A DNA stretch of 64,000 nucleotides from a virus. The stretch covers positions 64,001 to 128,000 of the IMG/VR virus record IMGVR_UViG_3300021085_000009; one strand, 5' to 3'. Shown here in pieces: positions 32,646 to 42,026 of this stretch; the stretch's first letter is position 1, and each line of letters begins with the position of its first letter. Made by a program: the position numbers and the translations under genes. The notes below the pieces were generated by a model that was not told where the DNA came from, made no database searches, and saw only the letters and a program-made list of their open reading frames with translations.

Positions 32646-33098
32646 TTACCTTAGTCTTCGAAGTACTAATTCAACTTCTTGTTCTATATCGTACTCCTTT
32701 ATATTATAGTGTGCGGTTATTCTATATGCGTTATCATCTGCCAGATCATCAATAAACACATTATATAACTCAATCCTTCCCTCATGTATATTCAACACAT
32801 TCTCTATATTCTCTTTTAATGCTATCTTAGTTATCGTATCAGCAGGTTCAAATAACAACCCTCTCATATTCGCACCAAGTGTAGGAGCAAAAGGTCTATC
32901 ATAGAAGTTAGATAACAATAAGTTCTTTACTGCATTACGTATCGCCTGTTCATCCTGTGGTATATAAAGATCTTTTGTTTTATCGTTTATATAGAGAGAT
33001 AGATCAAGGTCAGCCCATCCTTTCTTACGAGAGGTACGCGAAGAGGTCTCACTATCTGATATAACGAATCCTGAATTGTGTCTATTAACTGTTCCCAT
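32646..33098 (-). CDS. gp25: Baseplate wedge subunit gp25
   Basis: DLDLS..DEQAIRNAVKNLLL..RPF.P; start moved to ATG 33098 just below the late promoter. Confidence 0.85.
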   Translation of the reverse strand: MGTVNRHNSGFVISDSETSSRTSRKKGWADLDLSLYINDKTKDLYIPQDEQAIRNAVKNLLLSNFYDRPFAPTLGANMRGLLFEPADTITKIALKENIENVLNIHEGRIELYNVFIDDLADDNAYRITAHYNIKEYDIEQEVELVLRRLR

Positions 33099-33103
33099 GT
33101 ATC

Positions 33104-33111
33104 TATTTATA
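33104..33111 (-). promoter_or_regulatory. Late promoter TATAAATA
   Basis: Exact consensus 5 nt upstream of the gp25 ATG. Confidence 0.75.
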
Positions 33112-33312
33112 TCCTTTGTGTTATAGTTGACAAGGTTCTGGAAAGAAATTTTTCTCGAGAAATTTTTTTTATATAATGCATATCGAAGCAAAACTCAGAT
33201 TCATATCGAAGAACATGCATGTACTAGCCCCCCGCCACCCCTGCATGCATTTCCCCTAGTATATAATGGCCAATATGCGTACACAGATGCCTCATATATT
33301 CTCCGGAAACAC

Positions 33313-33341
33313 TGTACATTTGCTCGAAAGTATGGTATAAT
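33313..33341 (+). promoter_or_regulatory. Early-type sigma70 promoter, antisense to gene 5
   Basis: TGTACA-17 nt-(TGG)TATAAT, same motif as the early-region promoters. Confidence 0.7.
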
Positions 33342-33376
33342 ATAATAGGTTCTATGGGGGGCAGAGGTAGTACTCA

Positions 33377-34099
33377 TTATGTACCTGCCTTTGGACTACT
33401 TGTCTGTGCCGTTGATGGTGTAGGAGAACTTGCCCCACCTGTACCTGGCACTTCTGTATGTGTATGTCCTGTTAGTGTAACACTCTCATCGCCTTCACTC
33501 TTCGCTGTAATCTCTTCTGCACAAGTAGTAGCCTCTGTTACATGCAGTGTACCAGTGATTGTAGTGTTCCCGTCTATACTAACCACATCTGATATACTAT
33601 TGATCTCTACATCTCCTGCGTTATTAATATTAATAGTCGTTCCGCTAGAGTGCGTTATATTAATACGATTGTTATTAGGAGTGTTATCATACTCTATTAG
33701 ATGACCTGCCTCTGTTCTATGTACATGATTTGTGTTACCATCGACATGCGCCTCTGGTGGAATATCGGATACGCCTCCTGTGCTACTTGTTATCGTCCCT
33801 AATATGATTGGATCCTGTGCGCTTTTGCCATCTCGGAAGAAGCCTAGGATCCATGAATTGACCCGGCAACTATGGTTTTTTCCGACCCCTGCAACACTTG
33901 CAACGTCATTACCCATCATCACTGTAGCCCATGGTAGTTTATCTGTAGGTAATACTCCCTTGTCAGTTGTATGGTAACCAATGCACCTAACACGTACTCT
34001 ATTCATGTATAATGGATCACTTACGTCTTCTACTATACCTGTAAACCATACAAAGTTGTTATTTGGTGATATGAATTGATCTTCTTTACGGCTAATCAT
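33377..34099 (-). CDS. gp5: Baseplate hub/central spike gp5 (OB-fold plus beta-helix, no lysozyme domain)
   Basis: WFTGIVEDVSDP..RVRVRCIGYH..LPWA; GHLIEYDNTP..RINITHSSGT; HTH tip motif. Confidence 0.88.
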   Translation of the reverse strand: MISRKEDQFISPNNNFVWFTGIVEDVSDPLYMNRVRVRCIGYHTTDKGVLPTDKLPWATVMMGNDVASVAGVGKNHSCRVNSWILGFFRDGKSAQDPIILGTITSSTGGVSDIPPEAHVDGNTNHVHRTEAGHLIEYDNTPNNNRINITHSSGTTININNAGDVEINSISDVVSIDGNTTITGTLHVTEATTCAEEITAKSEGDESVTLTGHTHTEVPGTGGASSPTPSTAQTSSPKAGT

Positions 34100-35403
34100 T
34101 ACTCTGTCTCTCCATTCATGTCCATTATATAAGAATCTTTATTGCAATATACGGTCATGTTATACTCTTCGTCAAAAGAATGTTCTATTTGTGTTACTAT
34201 ATGTCTACCGCTTAGCATTTTATCCATCTTTATGTTACCTTTTATTTCACTTGGATCTTGTGTACGAGGAATCTCAAGGTATATGATACTACCAACAGTA
34301 AGATTTAGATCGCCAGCCAGTGTAATCCGTTGCGTTAATGCATCTAAAGTTTGTAGCGTTGCCTGTTGATTCATTACGGTCGGTGATGATGCATTTGAAT
34401 AGTTATCTCCCTGAAAGGCTTTACTATTAGATGATACATAATGGTGAAATGAATCAGTGGCTTCTTTTAATAATACGGATCCAAAGGTAGATGCATCGGC
34501 ATATACAGGATGTGCATTTAAACGTGTTGCATTATCGTCTGCCTTCATGACATGTGTTGTTACAGTCTTTGTAGCAATATCAATATCTGTTAATGTAGAG
34601 GAATAACCGCCGGAAGCCAGTGTTGCAAGTTGCGATAGATCTAAATCAGATGAAAGCTTTTGTATCTTTTTACGTGCTTCTTCATAATACTCTTCATCTC
34701 CTATCTGCGATTTAAAGTATGGAAAATGATTATAGGTATCGTACACTTCGTCATTTAACAAAGATGCATATGAACGTAGACTGACACCATCTTTTGCAGT
34801 CTCATAAAAGAAATAAGGTGTTCCTTTATCGTATGTATTACGCATTAACCAGGATATCGCCTCTAATGGATGTAATCTAGGGTATATACCTTCAACAGTA
34901 CTCTTTGAATCTGTCTCTACAATATGAGTTCTTGACACTCCAGCGTCTCGCATTAACTCTTTGATTGATGATGCAAGTGTTCCTCCAAAGGGTTTAACCA
35001 TTCGTTTTGTATGTGAAATGTACATGTGTTCAGAGAATGCTTCTATCTGATATACCTGTAACCCTGGCTTAGGCTTGGAATGATTATAGATCTCAGAGAT
35101 AAACACTGAGAAATTGAATTGTTTTTTCTTATTATCGTTTAAAGAAGTATGCGTTACACCTAATATAATCTCTTCGCTACCTGTTATCTTTGCAGCTTCA
35201 AGGAATGAAACCCCATCTGCAATCACTAGATTGACCGTAATAGACGATTGATAGAGTGATTCTAGGACCTTAAATGAATCGACAAGATCGATTATATTGA
35301 ACTCTTTACCGCTATTTGATACAATTGTTGCAGTCTTTAACTGATATGAAGAGGGTATAATACTCTTACTTGTACCTGGCTGTAGGAAATGTTGATTACT
35401 CAT
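34099..35403 (-). CDS. Baseplate hub/tail protein (gp27-like position)
   Basis: YFFYET..G, GDLNLTVG, LSGRHIVTQIEH; lies between gp53 and gp5. Confidence 0.65.
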   Translation of the reverse strand: MSNQHFLQPGTSKSIIPSSYQLKTATIVSNSGKEFNIIDLVDSFKVLESLYQSSITVNLVIADGVSFLEAAKITGSEEIILGVTHTSLNDNKKKQFNFSVFISEIYNHSKPKPGLQVYQIEAFSEHMYISHTKRMVKPFGGTLASSIKELMRDAGVSRTHIVETDSKSTVEGIYPRLHPLEAISWLMRNTYDKGTPYFFYETAKDGVSLRSYASLLNDEVYDTYNHFPYFKSQIGDEEYYEEARKKIQKLSSDLDLSQLATLASGGYSSTLTDIDIATKTVTTHVMKADDNATRLNAHPVYADASTFGSVLLKEATDSFHHYVSSNSKAFQGDNYSNASSPTVMNQQATLQTLDALTQRITLAGDLNLTVGSIIYLEIPRTQDPSEIKGNIKMDKMLSGRHIVTQIEHSFDEEYNMTVYCNKDSYIMDMNGETE

Positions 35404-36223
35404 TAATCATAGTCTCAAAATCTTCTACGAATCTATCGATATATTGTGGCGATATGACTCGAATGCTAGATCTTTTCTCGTTTAAATCAAATACAAATGA
35501 TTGATTGGATTGGTATGTAATATCGTTTATAGATGCACCACCGCTGACGTATACACCATTGTCTGTTGGCCTTTTCTCTAGATCGGTGATCAAATGCCAA
35601 TGATGTGGTGCATCTCTGTAGGGATATACTTTATATGTATCAACACTATCGTTAGAAAGATTACCAGAAATTGTTTCAGAATTGTTAGATACAAGGTCAG
35701 GATCGCCAAAAAATGTACCTGTTACGTCCTTTAATACTAATTGATTAAGGTCAATATCCTTTTTAACTAATGTACCTGATGGCGTTGTGGCGCGATTTAA
35801 AGAAGCCTGGCCTGTGATTGTTTCATTTAATCTAAATCTACCTGCAAGTGAGTCTCTGAATGTTGTTATACCAAGGTCAGTATTGGTTACTGTAACAGGG
35901 TTTGTTGTAATAACGACACCACTATATTCTTCTGCAAGGTAATCTTCCATTACAGTACGGCTCATTGGCCATGCTCTCATGCCATCATGCAACATATCGT
36001 TAATTACAAAGAATGTCCAGTAATATTCTGGTGTATTATACAACCTTTGAGATACAATATCAGGTCTTTCACCATCTTTAATATTATAGTTTAGGTATAA
36101 CGAAGGGTTATCAACACTTGAACCTTCAATTCTGACTGATCGATATATGTCAACTACCTGTTGTATAATACCATCACGGTTAAAATCATAGCTTTGTGTT
36201 GGAAATTGTTTAAAGAATGACAT
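35396..36223 (-). CDS. gp53: Baseplate wedge subunit gp53
   Basis: YNIKDGERPDIVSQRLY..YYWTFFVIN; HHW; NEKRSSIRVI. Confidence 0.85.
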   Translation of the reverse strand: MSFFKQFPTQSYDFNRDGIIQQVVDIYRSVRIEGSSVDNPSLYLNYNIKDGERPDIVSQRLYNTPEYYWTFFVINDMLHDGMRAWPMSRTVMEDYLAEEYSGVVITTNPVTVTNTDLGITTFRDSLAGRFRLNETITGQASLNRATTPSGTLVKKDIDLNQLVLKDVTGTFFGDPDLVSNNSETISGNLSNDSVDTYKVYPYRDAPHHWHLITDLEKRPTDNGVYVSGGASINDITYQSNQSFVFDLNEKRSSIRVISPQYIDRFVEDFETMINE

Positions 36224-36225
36224 GA

Positions 36226-36966
36226 TTATTTACCTCGTACCTGATCGTATCCTTCACCTGTACCATATAGGTCATCACGTGTAAGGTTCTTTGTTTCCTG
36301 GAATGATAATGCAATGGATGTTTCAACCGGTGCACCATCTGCGTGGAATATGTTTGCAGTTTCGTTATATGAAGTTGTTGCATTTACTAGATAACAATCT
36401 TGAATAAATGGTAAGAATTTAGATTCATCTGCACCTGATGTATAGAATCTAATCTTAAATGTTGGTGGATATTGTAATGCAAACACTCCTAACTTCTTAG
36501 GGTATAGATTCTTTCTAAAAAAGTTTTCAATCTGTCGTGCTTCTTCAGCTTCATCTGCAGATTCTGATACTAATTTAAATGTAAATGCAAATGTACGAAC
36601 AGTTGTAGATTGAAATGCAATATTAGTAAATGGATTAGATACAATACCCTTTTCCAAACCAGCAGTTGTTGAAAATGCTTCTGCAGTTCCGCCTTTACCC
36701 TTTAGTAGATTTAGGCCACCAATTGCAACATCAGCCTCAGTCATTTCAGCTTCTCCAGTACCTGCAGATTTTGCAGCACCAATTGCACCAAGATCTACTG
36801 ATGTATAACCTGCAGAATCTGGTACTGATATACCAGTTGGCATATAGAGATGCACCTTTGCACCTCCTTCAGGATTATCTTTAGGAAACACCTGGAAAGA
36901 CATATGTGCTGCAGTACCATCATCGATCTGCTTTCTTAAATGTTTTGGAAACGTTAAAATTTTCAT
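36226..36966 (-). CDS. gp48: Baseplate tail-tube cap gp48
   Basis: LYMP, NPF..RTFAFTFKL, YPPTFKI, LSFQE motifs. Confidence 0.75.
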   Translation of the reverse strand: MKILTFPKHLRKQIDDGTAAHMSFQVFPKDNPEGGAKVHLYMPTGISVPDSAGYTSVDLGAIGAAKSAGTGEAEMTEADVAIGGLNLLKGKGGTAEAFSTTAGLEKGIVSNPFTNIAFQSTTVRTFAFTFKLVSESADEAEEARQIENFFRKNLYPKKLGVFALQYPPTFKIRFYTSGADESKFLPFIQDCYLVNATTSYNETANIFHADGAPVETSIALSFQETKNLTRDDLYGTGEGYDQVRGK

Positions 36967-36977
36967 GTTTTTATCCG

Positions 36978-37019
36978 TATAAATAGTAGTAAATAACTTA
37001 TTTGGTATATCTATTTATA
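36978..37019. promoter_or_regulatory. Pair of opposed late promoters between the divergent genes gp48 and gp4
   Basis: TATAAATA on + at 36978-36985 (gp4) and on - at 37012-37019 (gp48). Confidence 0.75.
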
Positions 37020-37462
37020 TGGCTTACAAGGGTAAATACACAGTAAAGAACAAATCAAAGTATGTTGGTGATTCAACCAAGGTAACATACCGCTCTATGT
37101 GGGAACGCCAGGCCATGAAATGGTGTGAAAGCAATCCTAGAATAGTAAAATGGAACAGTGAAGAGGTTGTTATACCCTATAAGTGCAAGACAGATCAAAA
37201 ACTACATCGATACTTTATAGATCTCTTTATTGAAATGGACAATGGTGAATGTATATTGGTTGAAATAAAGCCAAAGAAACACACAGTTGCACCTAAGAAA
37301 CAGAGAAAAACTAAGAAGTATATCAACGAGGTCACGACCTATATCAAAAATACATCCAAATGGACTGCAGCTGATAAGTTTGCACAAAGGAAAGGATGGA
37401 AATTTCAGGTATGGACTGAGGACACTTTAAAGAATTTAGGCATAAAACTACTGAAGAATTGA
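37019..37462 (+). CDS. gp4: Head completion nuclease gp4
   Basis: YRSMWER..WNSEEVVIPY..HRYFIDL..EIKP. Confidence 0.92.
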   Translation: MAYKGKYTVKNKSKYVGDSTKVTYRSMWERQAMKWCESNPRIVKWNSEEVVIPYKCKTDQKLHRYFIDLFIEMDNGECILVEIKPKKHTVAPKKQRKTKKYINEVTTYIKNTSKWTAADKFAQRKGWKFQVWTEDTLKNLGIKLLKN

Positions 37463-37470
37463 TATAAATA
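37463..37470 (+). promoter_or_regulatory. Late promoter TATAAATA
   Basis: Exact consensus upstream of gp2. Confidence 0.75.
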
Positions 37471-37475
37471 GTATT

Positions 37476-38066
37476 ATGGCTAGTTTATTTAACACATTAC
37501 AAACAGGTGCATTCAGGGCAGGAGTTCAAGCAAGGACTAAAAAATCGAGTCAATGGTTTGAACGTAAGGTAAAAGAATTAGGAGATGTATCACCAAGGAC
37601 GGTCCTTAAAGATAAAGCTCTAGACCCTACAACAAAGCCACAGATTGGCGATATGATGATGTACTTCTATGATCCTAAGACCAAAGCAACCCTACCATAT
37701 TACGATAGATTTCCTCTAACTATTATGGTACAACCAGCTAAAGGTGGATTTCATGGTTTAAACCTACACTATCTTTCACCAAGAGTAAGAGCACAATTCC
37801 TTGATGAGTTGATGGAATTAGCACCAAAGAATATGACAGACAGTAGCCGTTTAACCAAAATGAGGTATAAACTACTGACCGGTGTTGCAAAATATAAAGA
37901 GTTTCAACCATGTTATAAACATTATCTTATGGGCCATGTTGCATCTAGGATGTCAAGAGTGCCAATGCCAGAGTGGGAAATCGCAGTATTCTTACCAACT
38001 GAACAGTTCATGAAAGTTAAGAAAGAATCAGTATGGAGATACTCAAGGAAACAATACGCAGGATAA
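37476..38066 (+). CDS. gp2: DNA end protector gp2
   Basis: YFYDPKTK..LPYYDRFPL..GLNLHYL. Confidence 0.92.
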   Translation: MASLFNTLQTGAFRAGVQARTKKSSQWFERKVKELGDVSPRTVLKDKALDPTTKPQIGDMMMYFYDPKTKATLPYYDRFPLTIMVQPAKGGFHGLNLHYLSPRVRAQFLDELMELAPKNMTDSSRLTKMRYKLLTGVAKYKEFQPCYKHYLMGHVASRMSRVPMPEWEIAVFLPTEQFMKVKKESVWRYSRKQYAG

Positions 38067-38069
38067 CAT

Positions 38070-38696
38070 ATGTCAATTGATCAATTAAAAGCTACAATAA
38101 GCAAAAAGGGTGGATTATCACAGGCCAATAGGTTTAATGTTATGTTTACACCCCCACAAGGATCTCTTTTAAACAGTGACCCTGCTACTCTCATTGGAGG
38201 ATTGGTTTCTGGTGGTGGACTCTCAAACGTTATAAACGATCCTAGGGATATATCACTACTTGCAGAATCAGTTAATTTACCAAGCTCACAGATAACTACA
38301 CTTGACCATATTGCAGAAAAGCAAACCGTTAAGATACCATACGCAGTAATACAAGAAGAGGTCACTATGACATTCTTGCTTACCAACGATTATTACATTA
38401 AGAACATGTTTGATAAATGGGGACAATCAATCGTCGACCTAGAAACATACAGAGTTGCTTATAAAAAAGATATTGTTACAGATGTTGTAATACAGCAACT
38501 GAACAAACAGAACATTCCTATTTATGGAGTGAAGTTGGAAAATGCATTTCCAACAACAATTGGAGGTATCGCTCTTTCAAATGAATCAGCTGATACACCA
38601 AACAAACTGACCGTGACATTTTCATATGACAAATTTGTTGTAGAGGATGGGTTAACAAGTGCTATATCCGGAGCCGGTGCTGCACTTGGATTATAA
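38070..38696 (+). CDS. Tail-tube-fold protein (gp54/gp19-like)
   Basis: GGLSQANRF; LENAFPTTIG..LS..LTVTFSY. Confidence 0.75.
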   Translation: MSIDQLKATISKKGGLSQANRFNVMFTPPQGSLLNSDPATLIGGLVSGGGLSNVINDPRDISLLAESVNLPSSQITTLDHIAEKQTVKIPYAVIQEEVTMTFLLTNDYYIKNMFDKWGQSIVDLETYRVAYKKDIVTDVVIQQLNKQNIPIYGVKLENAFPTTIGGIALSNESADTPNKLTVTFSYDKFVVEDGLTSAISGAGAALGL

Positions 38697-38718
38697 TTTA
38701 TATTAGGAGAAATATATA

Positions 38719-39423
38719 ATGGCTTTACCAAAACTGAATAGTTCTAGGTATGAAACAATTGTTCCATCCACAGGACAAACTATAGAATACAGACCATACT
38801 TGGTTAAGGAAGAAAAGATTTTAATGATAGCATTAGAATCCAGCGATTCACAACAAGTAATGAGAGCTGTAAAAGATGTAATTAGGGCATGTGTACTTGA
38901 AGATATTGATATGGAAAAACTAGCTATATTTGATATAGAAAGTTTATTTTTAAATTTAAGAGCTAAATCTGTAGGAGAAATAGTATCACTTAACTCTAAA
39001 TGCAGTGAATGTGAAACAGTAAACCCTTACAGAATTAACTTAAGTGATATAAAACCACCTGAGGTTAACACTAATAGGATGGTGGAATTAACTGATACAA
39101 TTAGTGTTAAATTTAATTACCCTAAGGCTGCTGATTTAGAGAAATTTAAAGAAGGCGAATTAGAAACTGTTGATGGTGCTTTTAAATTAATTAAAAGTTG
39201 TATTGATGGTATATACGATGATGATAAAGTTTACCCAGCTAAGGATGAAACGGATAAGTCGTTAACAGAATTTTTAGATGGATTAAACAATGTGCAATTT
39301 GGTGCACTTACAGCGTTCTTTGAAAATCTACCAGTGTTAAAACATATGATAGAATTTAATTGTATTAAGTGCGATAAGAAGAACGAAATCGAGTTGAGAG
39401 GACTGCAGAGTTTTTTTACATAA
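38719..39423 (+). CDS. gp26: Baseplate hub assembly chaperone gp26
   Basis: MALPK..YRPYLVKEEKIL..LRAKSVGE; CxxC pairs; GLQSFF end. Confidence 0.9.
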   Translation: MALPKLNSSRYETIVPSTGQTIEYRPYLVKEEKILMIALESSDSQQVMRAVKDVIRACVLEDIDMEKLAIFDIESLFLNLRAKSVGEIVSLNSKCSECETVNPYRINLSDIKPPEVNTNRMVELTDTISVKFNYPKAADLEKFKEGELETVDGAFKLIKSCIDGIYDDDKVYPAKDETDKSLTEFLDGLNNVQFGALTAFFENLPVLKHMIEFNCIKCDKKNEIELRGLQSFFT

Positions 39424-39614
39424 GCCTCTCTCACGATAGTTTAGTAAACCATTATAAAACTAACTTCGCGATGATGCAACATCACGGATATAGGTTAAGT
39501 GAACTTGACGATATGGTACCGTGGGAACGAGAGATATATGTCGCTCTTCTACAGGAACATATTAAGGAAGAAAACGAAAGGTTGCAAAAAGAGCAACAAA
39601 AAAGGAACCGATAA
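39417..39614 (+). CDS. gp51: gp51-like hub assembly catalyst, in the -1 frame of gp26 (first ATG 39471)
   Basis: My translation YISLSHDSLVNHYKTNFAMMQHHGYRLSELDDMVPWEREIYVALL; not in ORF track. Confidence 0.8.
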   Translation, partial: YISLSHDSLVNHYKTNFAMMQHHGYRLSELDDMVPWEREIYVALLQEHIKEENERLQKEQQKRNR

Positions 39615-39937
39615 TGGAAGAAGAAATTAAGAAAAGTGGCCATCATCCCGCTGATGTAAATGGCGATGGATATGTTACACCAAATGAACAGGAAATGTAT
39701 TTAGAATTTAAGCGTAAAGAGCTTGAAGACCAAGATGCAATGAGAGATGCTCAACGAAAGATGGCATGGTTCTCTTTAGGTGGTATGTTACTATACCCAT
39801 TTGCAGTTGTATTGGCATCATTAGCAGGATTAGATGAAGCACAAAAGACTCTTGGAAGTATGGCTCCAACATATTTTGTAGCTGTTGCAGGTATTGTTGC
39901 AGCGTTCTTTGGTGCACAAGCATTAGGTAAAAAATAG
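39614..39937 (+). CDS. Two-TM membrane protein with an EF-hand-like loop
   Basis: DVNGDGYVTPNE then two hydrophobic helices. Confidence 0.65.
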   Translation: MEEEIKKSGHHPADVNGDGYVTPNEQEMYLEFKRKELEDQDAMRDAQRKMAWFSLGGMLLYPFAVVLASLAGLDEAQKTLGSMAPTYFVAVAGIVAAFFGAQALGKK

Positions 39938-39946
39938 GAATAAAAA

Positions 39947-41641
39947 ATGGCAGAAGATACCGGTAAAACAGTTCCAGGATTATTAACCGAAGTTGTTAAA
40001 AAACTAGAAGCAGTTGATAAGACTCAAGACACTACTGATAAATCCATTAAGGATGAATCGGCTAAGCAACAAGCATTGTTACAAGTAGGGTTAAACATGA
40101 GTGCTGAACAAGTTTCAGCTGCCGAGGCTTTAACCACTGCTTCTGAAAAGAGTGTACAAATTCAAGATCAAGTTAGAGATGCAGACCTGGCTAAAAAAGG
40201 TAAAGATGCAGAAAACGATAGAGAATCTGGAAATATCTTTAGCAGAATGCTTGATTACCTTGAAGGTATATTCGATAACACTATTCCTAAAGCAGAAAAC
40301 ATTAAATTTGATGGAATTGGCCAAGCTGCAGGTGGATTTATTGCTGCTATTGGTGGTGCACTTATTGGATTAGGCGTAGGTATCGCAGCTGGTCTATTAG
40401 GTAATGTTAAATTAATTCTTGGTGGTTTTACTAAAGTACTTAAACTTGGATTTACCAAGCTCGGTGCTTCTTTGGCCAAAGCCTTTCCTAAAACAGCCAA
40501 TCTATTAAAGGGTATTAGAACTTCCATTAGGGCTGCTGCTAAAACATTTAAAAACTTCTTTAAAGATATACCTAAAGCCTTTAAGGCTGGATTTGCTGGT
40601 TTAAAAACATTTAGAACTTCAGTAGGTCAATTTGGTAAGTTAGGATTCTTTGGTAAGTTAGGTGCTCTCTTAGGTAAAGGAGTTACAGCACTTAAAGCAG
40701 TAGGTAAATTCACTGGTATTACTAAAGGATTTGCAGCTATTTCACAGGCTTTTAAATCATTTAAAGGCGCGGTCGGTGGTATTTCCAAAGGTGCTAAACT
40801 ACTTGATCCTATAAAGAAATTCCTTAAGCCTATAACAGCAACATTCAAAACATTCTTTACTGCCTTTAAATCATTTGGTAGTGTTATTGGTAAACTATTC
40901 TTACCAATACAAATTATAATGGGTATTGTCGATACTGTTAAAGGTGCTATTAAAGGGTTTACAGAACAAGAAGGTGGTCTTGGTAAAAAGATCATGGCTG
41001 GTATATTCGGTGGATTCAGTGGACTACTACAAGGATTAATTGGTATGCCTTTAGATTTACTTAAAGATGGTATTGCATGGTTAATGGGTAAGTTTGGATT
41101 TGATGATAGTGCTGAAGCTCTTAAAAGCTTTTCCTTTAAAGATATGATCGGTAAACTCTTTGATAAAATTAAAGAAGCAGTATTTGGTATTATAGATTGG
41201 TTTGGAACACTATTTAGTAATCCAATGGGTGCACTTAAATCGTTGGTTAGTGGTGTAGGTAATATAATGAAAAAGTTTTATGCTAGCATACTTAGACTTA
41301 TTCTACCTGACCCTAAGGGAGAAGGTGCATGGTATAATCCAATGAATCTTATTTCAAACGTTATCCCTGATAGTGTATACGAATTTGCTGGCCTTGATCC
41401 AGAGACAGGTGATAGGATTCCAGAGCCAACTGATCAAATCGAAGGAGCTGGTCCTCAAGTTATGACAGGTGAACAGATTGGTGAGACATCTACTGAGAAC
41501 CAAACTATTAAGGAAGAGTACACTAAAGAAATAGTAGTACAACAGGTTAATAATCAATCTAATACAACTACTACTACAACCTCATTCAGTAATACTACAA
41601 GTTCTAGAAAGCGTAGAGATCTAAACCTAGCCAATCAGTAA
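39947..41641 (+). CDS. Putative tape-measure protein (gp29-like)
   Basis: Helical G/A/K/F-rich repeats with a hydrophobic segment; follows gp26/gp51. Confidence 0.65.
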   Translation: MAEDTGKTVPGLLTEVVKKLEAVDKTQDTTDKSIKDESAKQQALLQVGLNMSAEQVSAAEALTTASEKSVQIQDQVRDADLAKKGKDAENDRESGNIFSRMLDYLEGIFDNTIPKAENIKFDGIGQAAGGFIAAIGGALIGLGVGIAAGLLGNVKLILGGFTKVLKLGFTKLGASLAKAFPKTANLLKGIRTSIRAAAKTFKNFFKDIPKAFKAGFAGLKTFRTSVGQFGKLGFFGKLGALLGKGVTALKAVGKFTGITKGFAAISQAFKSFKGAVGGISKGAKLLDPIKKFLKPITATFKTFFTAFKSFGSVIGKLFLPIQIIMGIVDTVKGAIKGFTEQEGGLGKKIMAGIFGGFSGLLQGLIGMPLDLLKDGIAWLMGKFGFDDSAEALKSFSFKDMIGKLFDKIKEAVFGIIDWFGTLFSNPMGALKSLVSGVGNIMKKFYASILRLILPDPKGEGAWYNPMNLISNVIPDSVYEFAGLDPETGDRIPEPTDQIEGAGPQVMTGEQIGETSTENQTIKEEYTKEIVVQQVNNQSNTTTTTTSFSNTTSSRKRRDLNLANQ

Positions 41642-41661
41642 AGCCATCCTTGGCAGTAATT

Positions 41662-41868
41662 CTATTCCTCTTCTGGTTTGGTTGCATCTGTGCCAGTCTT
41701 GTCTGCAACATCTTTAATAAGATTAGATGTTACATCCAATACACCTGCGGTTACACCAAAGACATCTGAACCGACACCTTTAATAACACCACCAGTACCA
41801 TCGATAGTTGCATCGACAGTTGAACAAGCAGACAAAACTAATGCGAATGCAATTGCAATAAAACGCAT
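41662..41868 (-). CDS. Small lipoprotein
   Basis: Lipobox LSAC after a signal peptide; AGGAG RBS. Confidence 0.75.
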   Translation of the reverse strand: MRFIAIAFALVLSACSTVDATIDGTGGVIKGVGSDVFGVTAGVLDVTSNLIKDVADKTGTDATKPEEE

Positions 41869-41955
41869 AATATTCTCCTGTTTTCTATATTACTGGATAA
41901 CCAGACACCACGGTAATACCGTCTCATACTTCTATGTTCAGTTCGTGAACAAATT

Positions 41956-41963
41956 TATTTATA
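41956..41963 (-). promoter_or_regulatory. Late promoter TATAAATA for the lipoprotein
   Basis: Exact consensus. Confidence 0.7.
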
Positions 41964-41968
41964 CGCAT

Positions 41969-41992
41969 AAAAAAAGGGACCCGAAGGTCCCT
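41969..41992 (-). terminator. Intrinsic terminator after gp32
   Basis: GGGACC-TTCG-GGTCCC followed by a T run on the - strand (C-UUCG-G tetraloop). Confidence 0.9.
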
Positions 41993-42026
41993 AAAAATGT
42001 GGTCTGGTTATAACCAAACTTTCTTT

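Noticed and set aside
33099-33191. N-terminal extension of gp25 given in the ORF track
   Set aside because: It lies upstream of the late promoter; ATG 33098 is the more plausible start.
33377-34099. gp5 lacking a lysozyme domain as a pseudogene
   Set aside because: Frame intact with OB-fold and spike tip; lysozyme-less gp5 is common in marine T4-like phages.
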